NCBI GenBank assembly: GCA_030704615.1
Contig: CM060731.1
Coordinates: 81,406,001 to 81,470,000 of the forward strand
From: Takakia lepidozioides
Taxonomy: Eukaryota; Plantae; Bryophyta
Length of the DNA: 64,000 nt
Direction: 5' to 3'
A program made the translations under genes and the position numbers. Under the pieces are notes generated by a model. That model saw nothing but the letters and a program-made list of their open reading frames with translations. It was not told the DNA's origin and did not search any database. Shown one piece after another: positions 24,805 through 41,750 of this stretch (its first letter is position 1; each line of letters starts with the position of its first letter).

Positions 24805-27113
24805 TGTGGCGTGCACATGTGTTGTGTGGTTTTGGACAGCGATGTAGTTGTGTAGCGATATGTATGCGCACGACATGTTTGTTTTTTTTGCTCGTGTCGG
24901 GCAAGTGTCGCTTGATTGTTAGCTGAAGTAGGGAGCTTCAATGTCAATAGGGCTCATTGAGGACCTCGAAAAGACGGTCATATGTGGTTCTATCATGATT
25001 GTGCTCTTGTTTGGTGTATTTGTAGGTGATGACATTGGTACACATATTTCTGGTTGAATGGCATGCTGATCTGTCTGCTGACATGGCAGAAGTGGCAGCG
25101 CACTCTTCTGATGTACATTGTGGCTAAAATGGAAAACAGCCAGTGATATATACCGTGATATCATCGCGGTTTGTCTTTTGTTCCTCACAACAAGCAATTA
25201 ACTGGAGCTAAGATGGCAATTAAGTTTGAGTGGGCTTTTCATGGAAAACACTGTAATCCTAGTCAGCGTCCATGCAGACAGAAAAAAGCCAGATGGATAT
25301 GCACCTGTAGAATCAGAAATAGGTTTTCACTGATCAGGTTTTAACTGATGGCGGTCAATGGTCATAACTCATAATGTCTGGAGCCATATACTTGCCAGCT
25401 GCTGACCTATGTGAGCTAGTAAGTCATTTCCAGAAATGATATACTTATTTGAGGTGTGCCCCTGTTGCTCTGCTGTCACACTTCTGTTTGAGACCAGCTA
25501 GGCTAAATCTCAGCATGGCAGTGTAGCCATTGACAGAATTTGAGCAATTTTAAATAGTGGTCTTTTTACAGGTTGGGGCTAGACCCTGGCAGAGGGCTAC
25601 AGTCTGCGGGAATGCAAAATTATCACAGTTCATGAGTACATGTGGAGAAGTCACTATGACACCCAAACTGAGGGCTGATACAAAATGCAAATCTGCCAGG
25701 CAACTAGGTCTTACATTGCAGATATTACATCTGGGATAGCTGCCTAGAACTAAACCACAATGCCAAACAATACTTATGGTCAAACATTGTGAAGCATTTC
25801 ATTGTCACTTGTACAAAACAAAACAAAAACTGTGCAACACAGCAACCAATCTGACAAGTTCTTGGCTCCAAACTTCAAGTCCTTCCATCTTCTATATTTA
25901 ATGGGCAATTATGGGTTACTGTCCCAGAAAATATATTTTTGGAACATGTCAATGCAACAGACCAAAAGATAAGCAGCACAATCATGTTGTGTTCCAACGA
26001 AATCTAAAATCACATAGCCTGCATCAGAATCTGCTACACGCACAAGGAGCAAGTCTCTTAAGTGTAAGCCATGGATTACCAGTATCGGACTGTAGCCTTA
26101 CCAATTGATCCTCCATACTGTAGTCTAGGTATGCTTGACAATCTCTGCCATGGTTCACTGCATCAGCATACGGCACCTGTCCACATACATTATGTATGAC
26201 ATGACTCACCCCATTCAGTGATGGTAAACCAGGACACACCACTTGTAGCCCAAAAATTCCGGTACCAATGCAATGTGGGAAAGTTCATATAGGAATATAA
26301 ATGGTCTGGTTCACCGCATGGCATAGCCAGCACTCCACATGTTCTTCCAAGAGCTTCATTTTCAGTCTAAACTGCTTTTACTTTTAATTTGTGACAAAAC
26401 TATCACAAGGAGGTAAGGATACTGCAAACTGGTACCTGTGATCCTAATGTGCCGAACCTGCCGCACCCACTGCTAATCTCATTGAAACACCAAAAACTGT
26501 CCTTAATGCCTTATCACCCAATAATGTAGTTACACTATTTGCTGTGGCCATAGCTACCCCATGAAAATATTTTTACACGTGACTAAGACCCCCATGCCTC
26601 TCCCAAGCATCTTGACTGCATATGTTTTCAGCAAATGTGGTTTTCAGTAGACAGTTAGTAATACATGAGTACCAGTTAGTAATACATGAGTACTGAAGTT
26701 CAAACCCTTTTACGATGAGCTCTAAGCCTGACACATGGCTGCCCTAAAAAATGCACACCCAGTCAACTAGTAACCAACTGGAAATGCAGGGAGATGGTGC
26801 AGATATCATAAACCAAGTTACTGCTGAGATTGCCAAAGCAGGTTCAGAATAGCAACCACAGAGACACAACATGTAGTTAACATTCATTTCATTGACACTG
26901 GCAGTCAGAAAATTCTCCCCTCAGTCAGGGCAATCTCCCTGATGGGGCTGAACGAGAGAGGACAATAACTTAGCAGCCTATTGAAGCTGGGCATGAAAGG
27001 ACCAGCTCTCCTCTGGAGTGTTGCCAGAGAAGTGAGCACCAAGTGCCAATGAAACTTGAAGAATATTGCATGGGTTCCACATTGATGTGGGAGACCAGCA
27101 CTTTACCCTTCGC

Positions 27114-30100
27114 CTACCCCAATGCGCAACAAGGTTCCCCACACAGGCACATCCGGCAGTGGCAGGTAGGGGCAGCACCAGCAGATCTCAGCTTCGGAGA
27201 TTCCCGAAGCTTTGGTGATGTTGATCGTGCTAGGTGTTGCTGCTTTGCAGCTCCTGAATGCGGAGATTTTGAGTCTGGCCTTTGATATGGTACAGATCGA
27301 CCAAAGGCAACATTTGGGGATGGTGGCCTTTTAGGAGGAGACTGAGGCAGCGGACATCTCTGGCCTGGTGACCTCCATCTTGAGGAATGGGACTGACGTG
27401 GACAGGACTGCAGCTTCAAGTAATCACTAAATTCTTTCATCTGAGTCCTAGGACTAGGGGAGCATGATACTGGCCTTGGCCTTGGTGATGGTGTCCTTGA
27501 CCTGGATGACAGGTTGAAGGAGACCTCCAGGCTTTTGGAAGAGCACGACGGAGATGCCACTTTCTGCTTGGGAACACTGGGGCAGTAAATGTTTGGGCAG
27601 GGGCACATTCCGCAACAGCAGGAATGGCCATGGCAGCAATGTGGGCACGTCATTTTCACCCTGCAGAGGGGATCTGCCCATCTGCACATCCCACAACAGC
27701 ACTTGTGTGGTGGTGCTGATTTTGGTGCGCATGAAGATAGGTCAGAGGTATTAAAGGGCGCCGATAGTGACTCCAGTTTGGCGCCCTTGGAAGGGGATCG
27801 TGATCCTGGAGCCACTGGCAACTCGTTTCTCCGACGTTTCCCAGGGGAGCCAGAGCGGGGGCTCTCCTTTTTCCCCGAGTCCTTATGAAAGTCTAGGCAT
27901 AGCTGACTGGCCACCATCTTGTTAACTGGGCTAGAAAAATGAGGCTTATGACAATCACAGCCGACACAGCGGGGACTGGGATCTATACAGCAGACAACAA
28001 GATAGTCTGCATGCTTGATTTGCCTGGGAGACTTTACTACAGGCTTGCCTGCACATGAAAGCCCATGACAGTCACAACCTACGCGCACCTTGGGCTAGGA
28101 GATACACACTTAGGCCTGGAACAGTCCTCAGACTTTATCTCGACAGGAAATAGCACGGGAAAATCGTATGTTTTTTGAGCTGTGGTAGTCTTGGAAGATG
28201 TTTTAGCCTTATGACAGTCACAATCTACACACCTTGGGCTGGGATATAAACAACGCGGGCTAGGACAGTCTGAGGACTTAATATGAGTGGGAAACATCAT
28301 GGGAGCCTTGCCTGGCTCTTTACATTTGTAGCCAGCACAAGGTGGGCTAGCTGGAGACTCTGCTTGCTTGACAGGTCTGGGGGATCTAGATGGGTTAGCA
28401 TACTTAGTTGTGGCGGGCAAGGATTGCTCATGCAAGTTACAGTCCTGCCACCCTGTGAGCAGCTCTTCACAAAAAGGGAATCTAAGGAATGGACCGATGA
28501 AAGCACTCAGTGAGCTTGCAGGGCTTGGCGGGCCTTGCTCACCTGGGCTGCCTTGCCCTGAGTGAGGGTAGCATTTTGGGCCACTCAATGCACACTGAGG
28601 GCTTTTTTTGCAGGGGCTGGGAGGGGCTTGTGGGCTTCCATGTCCTGAGTGAGGGCATTGCACCGTAGGCAAGTTGGCCAGGTTGCCCAAGCCTGAAGCC
28701 CCCTTATGGCAGTCACAGTCTCGGCAGCGAGGGCTAAGAAAGTCCATGGTGGCACTGACGCTTCCAGACACAGGGGACCAGCAGTCCCTACTAGAGGACT
28801 TACCAGGGGAACAGGAGTGTGGGCTAGACAATGGAGTCTCCACAATGTACATTGGTTTACTTTGAGCTGGTCTGCAAGGGGACTGGGGTGACCGCCCTGG
28901 AGGTGGGTTCCAAACCCCTGAGCAACCAAGAGCTGCCTGGTTACAGTTTTCCTGTAGGGGGATTTCTAAGTGAGGCTTTGCAGGGCTGTGAGACAACCCA
29001 AACCCGCAACGTAGGGATGAGGGAGAACCCGGGGAGGAAGGGCAAGGGGAGCTGTGACATGAAACGGAAGGGGAGCTGGGTAAGTACATGTCAACAGGCT
29101 CTATCATGAAAGGGGACAGGGGTCTTGAACTGGGCAAGTGTAAGTCATCATGCTCTGATGCTGCCACAGAAGACAACCTGCCAATGTCCATGCAGCCTTC
29201 AGAATGGTCAGGCGACGATGGTCTTGAGATGGGCAAGTACAAGTCATCGTGGTCTACAGAAGCAAGATCAAGGGGTCGCGGACCAGGCAAGTAGAGGTCA
29301 CTGTTGTCAACCATCTTGGGATCCCTGGGATGATGAGTTTCTTTACAGCCGGGGTTGTAGTCCACTTTTTTCTGATGTATGCCAGCGGAGCAATTTATTC
29401 CCCTTTCTGATGGTGGAGATGGAGGACCAGAGCCCCACACCTCCATGTCTTTAAGTCCTGGGCACGGATCTCTTGCTCTTGCTCTTGCTGTCTGCCAAGA
29501 CTGTATTTGGTCTGCGTTGGGGCCCTCAAAATCAGCAAGCCCTAATATGGGATCTGGCTTTAAGGCCTTACATGGGCAACAGGGGCCACAATCAATTCTT
29601 CCATCCATGTTTCTAATCCCAGCCCGACAAGCTGTTGGAGAAACCCTACCAGATGAACTCGGACTTGGAGACCTCCTGCAAGCCGGTCCACAACGGGGAG
29701 ACCCCTTCCGAGATTGTGGGCTCCTTGGGGTCCACACTGGGGAACCCCTATCAGATGAACTTGGACTTGGAGACCTTTTACAAGCTGGTTCTAGCTTTGT
29801 ACAAGCTGGTCGAGAACAGGGAGACACCTTACGATATTGTGGACCCCTCGGGGTCCCCACTGGGGAAACAATATCAGAGGAACTTGGACTTGGAGACCTC
29901 GTACAAGCCCATTCAAACCTCTTACAAACCGGTCGAGAATGGGGGTGTACTTCAGGAGATTGTGGGCCCCTTGGGCTGGCCACTGGTGCCCTTTCAAGCA
30001 CATCGAAGGCAATATGGCTTTTACACTGATCATTGACCAGCACATCAAAGTGGCGCTTGCAGCTCAATCTTGAAGACCGTCCTTTACAACTATCTAATGG

Positions 30101-30646
30101 AACACCACCTCGTCTGATATTATGCACAGGAGTGTACCTGCTCTTGATGCGTGGAGTCCAACGTGGGTTCTTGTTGCCACACAGACTACATCGTGCGCTC
30201 TTCGTCTTACCACGGGGAGTCCAGCACGGGCTCTTGCTGATGGAGCTTGCATTCCGATGTGGCCTCCCATTGCCGGTTAGCTTCACATATGTCCAGTAAG
30301 TTTTTCTTCTGCTTCCATCACGTTGGTATAATAGAAATCCTGGGTCAGGTCTGTGGTCTGCCTCCACTGGCATATGGTCTCTTCTACAGCAGAAATTTGT
30401 CCAGTGGGTATTTGTTAGGGCCTTGCACGGACAAAGGACCCTGTCACACTGTATGATTCTACCTGAGGCTACACAAACAGGGTTCCTTCGTACAGGGAAC
30501 CTCCGGGTGGCTCGGCCGCCGCATCTGGCATACTTGGGATGATGCCAAGGGTAACCCTTCCATCCATTAAATACCTGACGAGGCAATGCATTTGCGCAAC
30601 ATGTTGGCACTTCTCTATCACTTGTGTCTTCACTGCTTTCACTCCC
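27114..30646 (-). CDS. Large Cys/Pro/Ser-rich repetitive protein of unknown function (~1170 codons), split by a 2-nt frameshift near 28085
   Basis: Overlapping 843-aa and 324-aa ORFs share the repeat SPRCxxCDCH. One copy is broken by an extra GC (AGG TGC GC GTA GGT TGT GAC). A polypyrimidine/TAG acceptor lies just upstream of 30646; the start exon was not identified. Confidence 0.6.
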
Positions 30647-33450
30647 CTAAAGACAGAGAAAAGGGAGGTTTCCACCTCAAGTCAGTGTACAAGCCATATT
30701 TCTTCAACCTTAAGACCTGTTTCTACTCTTGAAAACAGGACTTGTGATTAAAATCTTAAGCATGCCCGTCAATTACCAAAGTAAGTCAATCGAGATCAAG
30801 GTATATTTGACCATAGCTATTGGTAGTAGTAACCATTGATGAGTCCAGTAGCCAAATCTATGCCACAATTGTATACTTGTGCAAGGAATCTTGTTCTTAG
30901 GGGCGTGCAAGATCGTGAGGCTGGATAGTTCCTGCTCAAAAATAGGTAAGCCTTTTGAAGTGGAAGCATATATCACTCCCTGTCTAGACTGCAAACTAAA
31001 CAGACAAGTTGAATTGACTGGATTTACATAGTAATCTGTCCCATAAAGGTCATCACGTTCTCACATTGCACTTCAACAACATGTATGCCTGTATGGGGAA
31101 GATTGTACCTTTGACATTTTGCAGAATACCTTATCTGATAGGCATCAGTTCTGTGAGGCCTAGGGTAGCTGATACTCTTACAGTAATGGTGTGTGCTTAT
31201 AGCAAAGGAAAGAAGTCAAGCAAAGCTATCACAAAATTGAGACCCACCTCTTCCCTCCATACGTTGCACAACGCTAAATCCTCCATCAGATCCAAGCAAC
31301 CAGCAGACACCTCTGGAGCAGAAAAATCTGGAGTAAGTTATGAGTTCTTGAACTTTGGCGAGTCATCACTGACAGGTGGGCTAATTCAAAACACCATTGC
31401 AAACAAAGAAGCAATCAAAATTCAAACCGATTAACCCAGTCATGGTCATACTTCTCTACCTATTCTTCACAACACCCGTGCAGTTCATGGTGCAGAGTTC
31501 CTAGTCTGGTCAATGGTTATTTTGATATGTAATGTCTAAGATAATCTCTGGATACTGTAAGTGGCTAGTTCCAAGTGGCGAGTTGGGAGTGCTATGAAGG
31601 TGGGAGACACCTTCTTAAGAGGTCGACTGAAGCAAACAAAACCATTTTAACCTCATCCCGGAGATCTTGGGGTGGTGGTCACGGAACCTTCTTCAAGCAG
31701 CACAACCACTCCTGAAGAGCTGGCAACAACGACAAAAGCTTATTGGGCTCCATTTTGTGCAAGGCCCATACGAATTGCACCCGTTTCAGTTCTCTTCCAC
31801 ATCCTGCAGCTAAGTCTTTGTCTCCTCGTCCTTCTGTTGCCACTCCACCATTTCATCCTCCTTCACCATATCTATCTTACAAGAATGACCTTAATGCCTC
31901 GACCTTTGCCTTGCAAAATTAAATGAAAGAAATTATGAATGAATGAAGGGTAGACTTCTGAGAGTTGAAAAAAGTTTCCGTGTCTTCTTTCTCTCTCTTC
32001 ATAGATCGAAGTTGAAGCCAATGTCTTGGACAACACTATCATTTCAACAGAGAAGGTACTTCACGTCATGCTCATTGTCCATTCGAACCATATTGCTCTC
32101 CCCTATTATACTTCTCTAGGAGTTGTTCTCTCACAATTGCTGCTATTAATGGACAAGGTAGGCAAAAGGGACTAAAGGAAGCTAGCGATTAAGTTGTCTC
32201 ATAACCAGCCCATCAGCTCAATTTATATCGAATGTATACGTCTCCATAACAAGAAGGATAAAGCCAGGTTGTCGATGCCAATCAAATGGCATCGCCTTCA
32301 GTATACTATCCACTCTTTGCTGTGGCATAATGATAATTGTGTTCAAAGCAAAGAAGAAGTCCCTTTTTCATGCATTTAAAAGAGAACTCACTTCACATCT
32401 TTCACAAGTTTGATATAAGTCACGCACCATCCTCCTCGGCGGTTACTTGAAGATTTTCGTACTAAAAAACTGTCTCAGAAAGTATCATTTAAAAACAAAT
32501 TGGAAGCCAAATCTTTTTGATTCCACAGGTCCACCAGTAGTCCCCTTTCTTCTCCGTTGTTATCCTTTCATATGTTATAGGTCTACGACACTTTTCGCTA
32601 TCCATTTATCCTCCTTACATCTTTGCACTCGGATTTTTCAGAGACGTACCGATTCCTTAGGAACTCTAGTAGGGAATCCACTTTGACCAACTCCCACCCC
32701 CTCTTGTGAAACCTCATGAGTAATGGAAGTTGGGCATAAGAATGAAGGGGATTATCCAAATCTCTGAGGGGGAGTAGCACGGTGAAGTGCATTGGTCTGT
32801 CTCTCGAACAGCCTGCCAAATTCCCTCCGGAGGACACTATCAGTTTCAGTACGTGGATGACCTAGATGCTTGTTTCCTTTGGGCTAGAATATGTGCCAAT
32901 CCCTTTTCATAACGCACCCGTTTTTTCCCTGTAGCTAAATCGGTCCTCATCAGAGAAGAAAATTTCCATGTTCACAAAGACCCCCTAGCTTGGAGAAGAG
33001 AAAGAACGTAGGGCCTACTAGTAAGTAAAAGCTCACATTAAAATATTCTCGAGACGGATGGGGCTGGCATCTTCTTGCAAATGCCTTCGCCCATGTAGCT
33101 TTGTGACCCGCTATCATCCTCAATTGATCGACATTGCGTGACAATACAGTGAGCGCTGTCTAATTTTTCGTGATTTCTCTCACACTTTCAAAGAGATCTC
33201 AGGCTTGGGAATGCATGAGGGCAGATGGGCAAGAACATAAGGAGGTTCCAGTGCAAATTGCAGCAGAGCGCAAAGAGACAAGACCAAGTGATGAGCAGAC
33301 ACCTGCGTGCCAAGAGACGAGCTTCAACCTCCCGTGTGTCCATCTCGCACGCGCCAGACCTTGGATGAATGTTTTCCGTCTAACTATTTTCCTCATCCAT
33401 CTATGTAACGAATGTCCCAGACCTAATGCCATTCCAACCAGACCTAATCC

Positions 33451-35130
33451 TTATTTTTATTTATGTTGTTTTTTAGGGAAAGGGGACAGAGACCTTTTAA
33501 TCAAAGTAATTAAAAAAGGAGTCACATGGGTGGAAAAAATAACCATGGAGAGAGAGTGGAGAGTGCAGGGGGTTCGAAATGCTAAGGGCCACTTTACACT
33601 AGGGCCCAAGCCCAAGAAATCATGGGCCCAATTTCTACCACTCTTGGGATGGTCTTGGGCCAACTTCAACGATCATGATCAAACAAAAATATTCTATTTT
33701 AATACCAAACTTCTTGGGCCAGAGATTGGAGAGTTGGGTCTCCGCTCCAGGAGGGTTCTTTTTTCTTGGGCTGGCACCAAAACTTGTGCCATGTAGACAA
33801 ATGACCCACTTCCATTCTCTTGGGCTCGGGCGGTAGTGTAAAGCCGTTGGGCCCAATTATCAGGCCTCCGCCAATGGGAACGCTCCATTCAAATTTGGTC
33901 TTGGGCTTGGGCCCTAGTGTAAAGCGGCCCTAAGTGGGAGCTAAGACATTAGATGCAGAGAGCATATAAGCTAGATCAAATAGATCGGCAGCTACTGAGT
34001 AAATCTTGTATGGAGCTCTGAGATAGATCTAAGCTACATGAGAACTGAGAAACAGGGATAGAGCAGGAGGAGAAAGAAAGGAGGACCAGTTGGCCGTGGG
34101 GAAAAAAAAATCAGAGTTCGGAGTTAGAAATGTTGGAACACACAGCTGAACGAGCGGAACTCCAGGTATTAGAACCTCAGCTGAGTTCTAAGTTTTGGGT
34201 CCCGAGTTTTTTTTGACGCCGGTTGAAGTTGGTCTCATCCCCTTCACTAGGGGACCTCCCATTGAGTGGGGATGGTGTTTTGCCAAGCAAAGCGCATGTT
34301 GGGAAGATCGGAGCTGAGCAGGTTGCCTTTGCCCCAGGACTGCATAAAATCTTGAAACAGCTTCCTCCCTCGTTGTTGAGAAGTTTTGGAAATAGCTGCA
34401 CAAACATTATCCCACGCTTTTTTTCCCTCAGTCAGTCAATATATCATGAAATGTGTTACAAGACAGATCTGCCTCTGGGGGTTTGCCCTCATAGACCTAG
34501 GAACATTTGGACTTCCATAGATTCCACAAAGTATGGCCTCCGAGCGAGGCCCATACCGGATAGACTGTTTGCGAATGACCAGGCAAAATGTTGAGTTGTA
34601 GCAAAGACTAAGGGGGAGGGGAGGGGAGGGGAGGGAGGAAGCCCAGTGAGAGTAGAACCCCAGGACCGTCCTCCGGATTCTACGTGACATATTACAAAAC
34701 AACAGACAATGTTCAATGGACTGTGGTTCTACCAAACAAAGAGGGCAGGAAGGGTTGTCTTCGTTTGTGGCTTGTCTTACTAGGAGAAATCTGTGAGCCA
34801 ATTTCCGAAGGAAACCTTAGACTTTCGCTGTGCGGTCTTTCCTCCATATGTCCTTCCAGATTTTGACCAAGTTAGGTTGAGTGAAGTAGTGATTGCTCCA
34901 TTTTGCGGACCATTGTTGTGAAGGCACGAGGCGGGTTGATGAGAGAGTAACCCATCCTCACTGAGTAGGCAAAAAAAGGTAGAATGGTTTGAGTCCATCC
35001 AACTCCACTCCTCCGGATCAACAGCTGGGCATTTGAGGAACCAGGTGAATGATTGCTGAATAGCCCATTGTATTTCCAGCCCCTATGGCGGCATGGGGTT
35101 GACATTGCCCATTGTGTCCAGAACCCCTAA
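33451..35130 (-). mobile_element. Degenerate LINE (L1-like) 3' fragment: zf-RVT region, 3' UTR and A-rich tail
   Basis: Minus-strand CPLCLVEPQSIEHCLLFC. T-rich tract at 33451-33474 is the tail on the minus strand. The 3' end is homologous to 52406-52505. Confidence 0.7.
33586..33930. mobile_element. PIF/Harbinger (Tourist-like) MITE inserted in the LINE 3' region
   Basis: ~32-bp TIRs GGGCC(A/G)CTTTACACTAGGGCCCAAGCCCAAGA. TAA TSD at 33583-33585 and 33931-33933. Confidence 0.9.
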
Positions 35131-35379
35131 TTTTGTTTTTTCATAAACAGCCCTGGAAATGCTGATTTGTTTTTTCTTAATTAGTTTTTAAAAAAAATGC
35201 AGGGGACAGAGGCCCTTAGCACTTTGTTGGCTCTGACTTCTATAATTAAGGAAATAATGAAAAAGCTAGGCCACCAAACCAAAAAAAAACAATGGAAAGA
35301 TTTGGAGGAAACAAAAAAAAAAAAAAAAAAGTGGAGGGGTAGAATGATATGAAGGCAGCTGGTAGCTATGTGTCGCCCT

Positions 35380-35495
35380 GGTGGTTCAGGGTTCGAACCC
35401 GCTGCCCAACAGGGTGGTTTGAATCCACAACCACTCGTAAGAGGGTATAGGGAGGGTATATGCCCTTACCACTGGGCTACATGTTGGTTGTTGAC
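35380..35495 (-). mobile_element. tRNA-derived SINE-like head
   Basis: Minus-strand A-box TAGCCCAGTGG followed by B-box-like GGATTCAAACC and GGGTTCGAACCC; no full cloverleaf. Confidence 0.5.
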
Positions 35496-36053
35496 CTTAT
35501 ACATAATGATACATCACCACTGACCCAATTATCTTCTAGCATGATTTGTCTCGCTGATCATACTCAAGATTTCTCACTTTGCTTACCGATGCCTAAAAAT
35601 CCTCAACTCACTACTCTTATCTTAAACAACTACTGCTAGTAGAAACAAATCACTGTAGCCCAATCCATGCACACAAAGCACCCTGCGAACAACAAGAGTG
35701 CAGACAATAGCGCAGGAAAGCAAGACATTTTAGCAGTACATATGAATCATAATATAATCGATAAAGAACACAGTTCGTGACCGGTTGGTCTGGTGGTAAT
35801 GTTCCCACCTGTGTGCCTCATGGCTTATCTGAAAGGGGGTTAATTTTTCCCCCTCCTCAAGGGCCTGAATTGTGAGCAGTCGCTCCCAGGTTTCCTTTAA
35901 ATTAAAAATATATATATAATATATATATATATATGAAGAGGTAGAGTAGAGAGCATCAACAGGTTGCATGCAGAGTTCTTCAGCCCCTGTGGTTGCTCCA
36001 CACACTACCATAAACCTAAACATCAAAAGGCTAAGGTCTGCAAAGGAGTGAAT

Positions 36054-36170
36054 GGGCTGAAGCACCCTTGAGTGCCGAAGGCACTTAAGGAGGCGGTGGC
36101 GCTCACTAGGTGGAGCCCCGAAAACCGGGTGGCGGTGGTGGGGGCTCCACGAGGGGTGGTGGTAGCGTAG
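36054..36170 (+). repeat. Isolated fragment homologous to the chromovirus LTR (U3 region, ~53396-53510)
   Basis: GGGCTGAAGCACCCTTGAGTGCC...GGCACT...CTCACTAGGTGGAGCCCCG...GGCTCCAC...GGTGGTGGTAGC is shared with both LTRs. Confidence 0.85.
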
Positions 36171-36987
36171 GCTCCTCTCTTGTCTCTCCGCCGTCACCTA
36201 CATAAAGTCTGCACCAATTCTTTGGGCCGCAGTTGGTGTACAAGGCTGTTTAAGTTTACAACTGGTGGAGATGTCAGAGCAGTTGCAAGGTGTGTTTACT
36301 GGAGATTCCAATGACCCCAGAGCCTTTGCCTGGCAAAAAGCAATAATTACAGGGCATGCTCACATAGAATAGAAAGGTAGTTTTGCAGATGGTGATGAGG
36401 GAGGGGGGCTGAACCTCATTCACATTAGCAATCAAGTTAGGTTCAGCTAGCCAGCCTTCAGTCTAGCACAAACACATCTGGCCCTGCAGGAACTTCATAG
36501 CTCCTTCACTTAGTAAGCACATGTACCAAGACATGTAAGTAAATGACGCATGCCTAATCAACATACAATCATCGGAATCAATGCCCACTTGCCCCTTGAA
36601 TAAAACTCCTGACAGGACTGTCTGGATACTCTTCTCAACCAGAGGCTCTCTTTGAAACCATCAAACAGACCATTTTTTTGCACCTCTTTGAATTTAGTCT
36701 GAGAACAAGTATACGCCTTACTCAATTTGTTGTACAAAGGCACAGTATAAGATACAGCCCCAAGTGCTTTACTTTCTCCGGAAGCATTTTATTCAAGTAC
36801 CTCATGCTGTATAACCAAACCGCCCAAGCAAAATAATACTCATGCGAATTGATCTTTGGCAAGTCCACATAAGTAGATTTAGATCCTCAAGATTACATGA
36901 CCACTGGGGTTCCCTTGCACTGCATAAAATGCCTCCTTGGTGGTAAGAGTGCGAGTATGCCAACCCTAACTCCTATCGATTTGCACC

Positions 36988-37938
36988 CTAATCCTCTTCT
37001 TCAGCCTCATTGTCAGCAATGTTGAAGTACCGCAATTCATAGATATTGCGGTCCTTGTTGGAAGCAATCACTCGCAACCAATCCCTCACATTGTGCTTCT
37101 TCAGATATTTTTTTGTCAAGTACTTCAAGTACCTGTCACGCCCACAAATATTTCCATGTACAATAGTTAACTGTGCTGTTTCTTCTGACAAAAGATGGAC
37201 CAACATGGCTAACATATCCTAACAATGAAGAAGAGACTAAACGTTACTGGCTCGAGACTGAGTGCTATTCCCAAACTGGAAGGTAGAGAACTGTGCATAT
37301 GCTCGTGCCTCAAGAGGTAACTGGCTTGCGGGTAACAACTGAGATGCTTTTCCAGTAAAAAACTGCGAAGGGAATTCGAAGAGAACGTGCATCGATAGAG
37401 GCGGGTGCACCTACTCTAAGAAAGCTGAGTTCATTGGGTATACTTGGTGTGGCCCACTACTTCACCTAACCTCTGGCACGCGGTGCAGTTTATCCACAAT
37501 ACCTTGAAATTTCCCTATCATAGACTGCGAAAGACTAGAGTAACGAACATGGATGGAAGGGTAATTGTGTTGTTACGGTACGTCCTACTGCTTGCACACT
37601 CGTTCGCCTGTGGCTATCTCCAGCTTTATACCCTGGTTGTAACATCCCATTCTAACCCAAGGCTAGCCTGTTTCCCAACGAAACAACACGACTTACCTTT
37701 TGGAGAATGAGCTCTCGGAAGTGACGCTAATCCTGTTCTTCTCGCGGACGATGGTGACGACGTCTGCCAACACTCCTGCCTTGCCCCCTACCTTGATACG
37801 GTCCTGCAAGAACTTCTCAAAGGAGGCAATATCCATGATCTTGTCTTCCACGGGCTTGCCACAGTCGATGGTGAAGGTCTGCGCCTTCTTCCTGCCCTTG
37901 GGCCCTGCACCCTTCTTGGCCGCCACCGAGGGAGCCAT
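36988..37938 (-). CDS. RPL22: 60S ribosomal protein L22 (eL22), 2 exons: 37938-37697, 37132-36988
   Basis: MAPSVAAKK...[29 protein letters not shown]...FSKR|[38 protein letters not shown]; GT-AG intron. Confidence 0.97.
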
Positions 37939-38598
37939 CACTGCGAGCAAGCAAGAAGCCAAAAGAAAGACGACGAGGACCGCAGCGACTAAAACCTGAA
38001 CACCCTTGTTGACGACCCTCCAATCGTTCGTCCGATAATGGACGATATCGTTCACGCTTTTCTTTTGATTTCATCTAAAACTAAATAGATACCAATTAAT
38101 TATAAAATCGTGACGGATGATTTCCCCTCTTCATCCATCCCGTTATTGTAACTGCTGCCACAGTTTACTGCAGATGAACCTGAGAGGTAGTTACAGTGTG
38201 GGATTGAAGCTCTCAGTTTCCCACTGCAGCTTCAGCTTGCTTCATAGAAAGGAACCAACAAGCAGGGCCTATGTGACAAGGGCAGATCTCTGCACAAGAG
38301 CAGGCGCCACACCGAGACTTGCATTACTTGCACTGCTCACAAAGCACCGGATTGTACTGAGTCCAGTTTGCCCCAATTGAAAGTTGAAGAGAGAAAATAT
38401 GTCATACAAATTTATTGAGAAACTTTGGCCACATGTACAAGGTTAACAATCCATAAACACTCGTAAAAGACCAGCACTGTTCCATCAATCTGTAGCAGCT
38501 GTTATACTGCCGTGGCTTCATCGTAACTGGTCTGTTTAACACATCTCATTCTGTCACGCCATTGCTAAATCCTCACAACTCTCACTCTCCTCCTTTTT

Positions 38599-41750
<3,152 letters not shown>

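Noticed and set aside
35380-35495. tRNA gene
   Set aside because: A and B boxes are present but there is no cloverleaf; treated as SINE-like. The B-box-like motifs at ~50285 and ~50570 were treated the same way.
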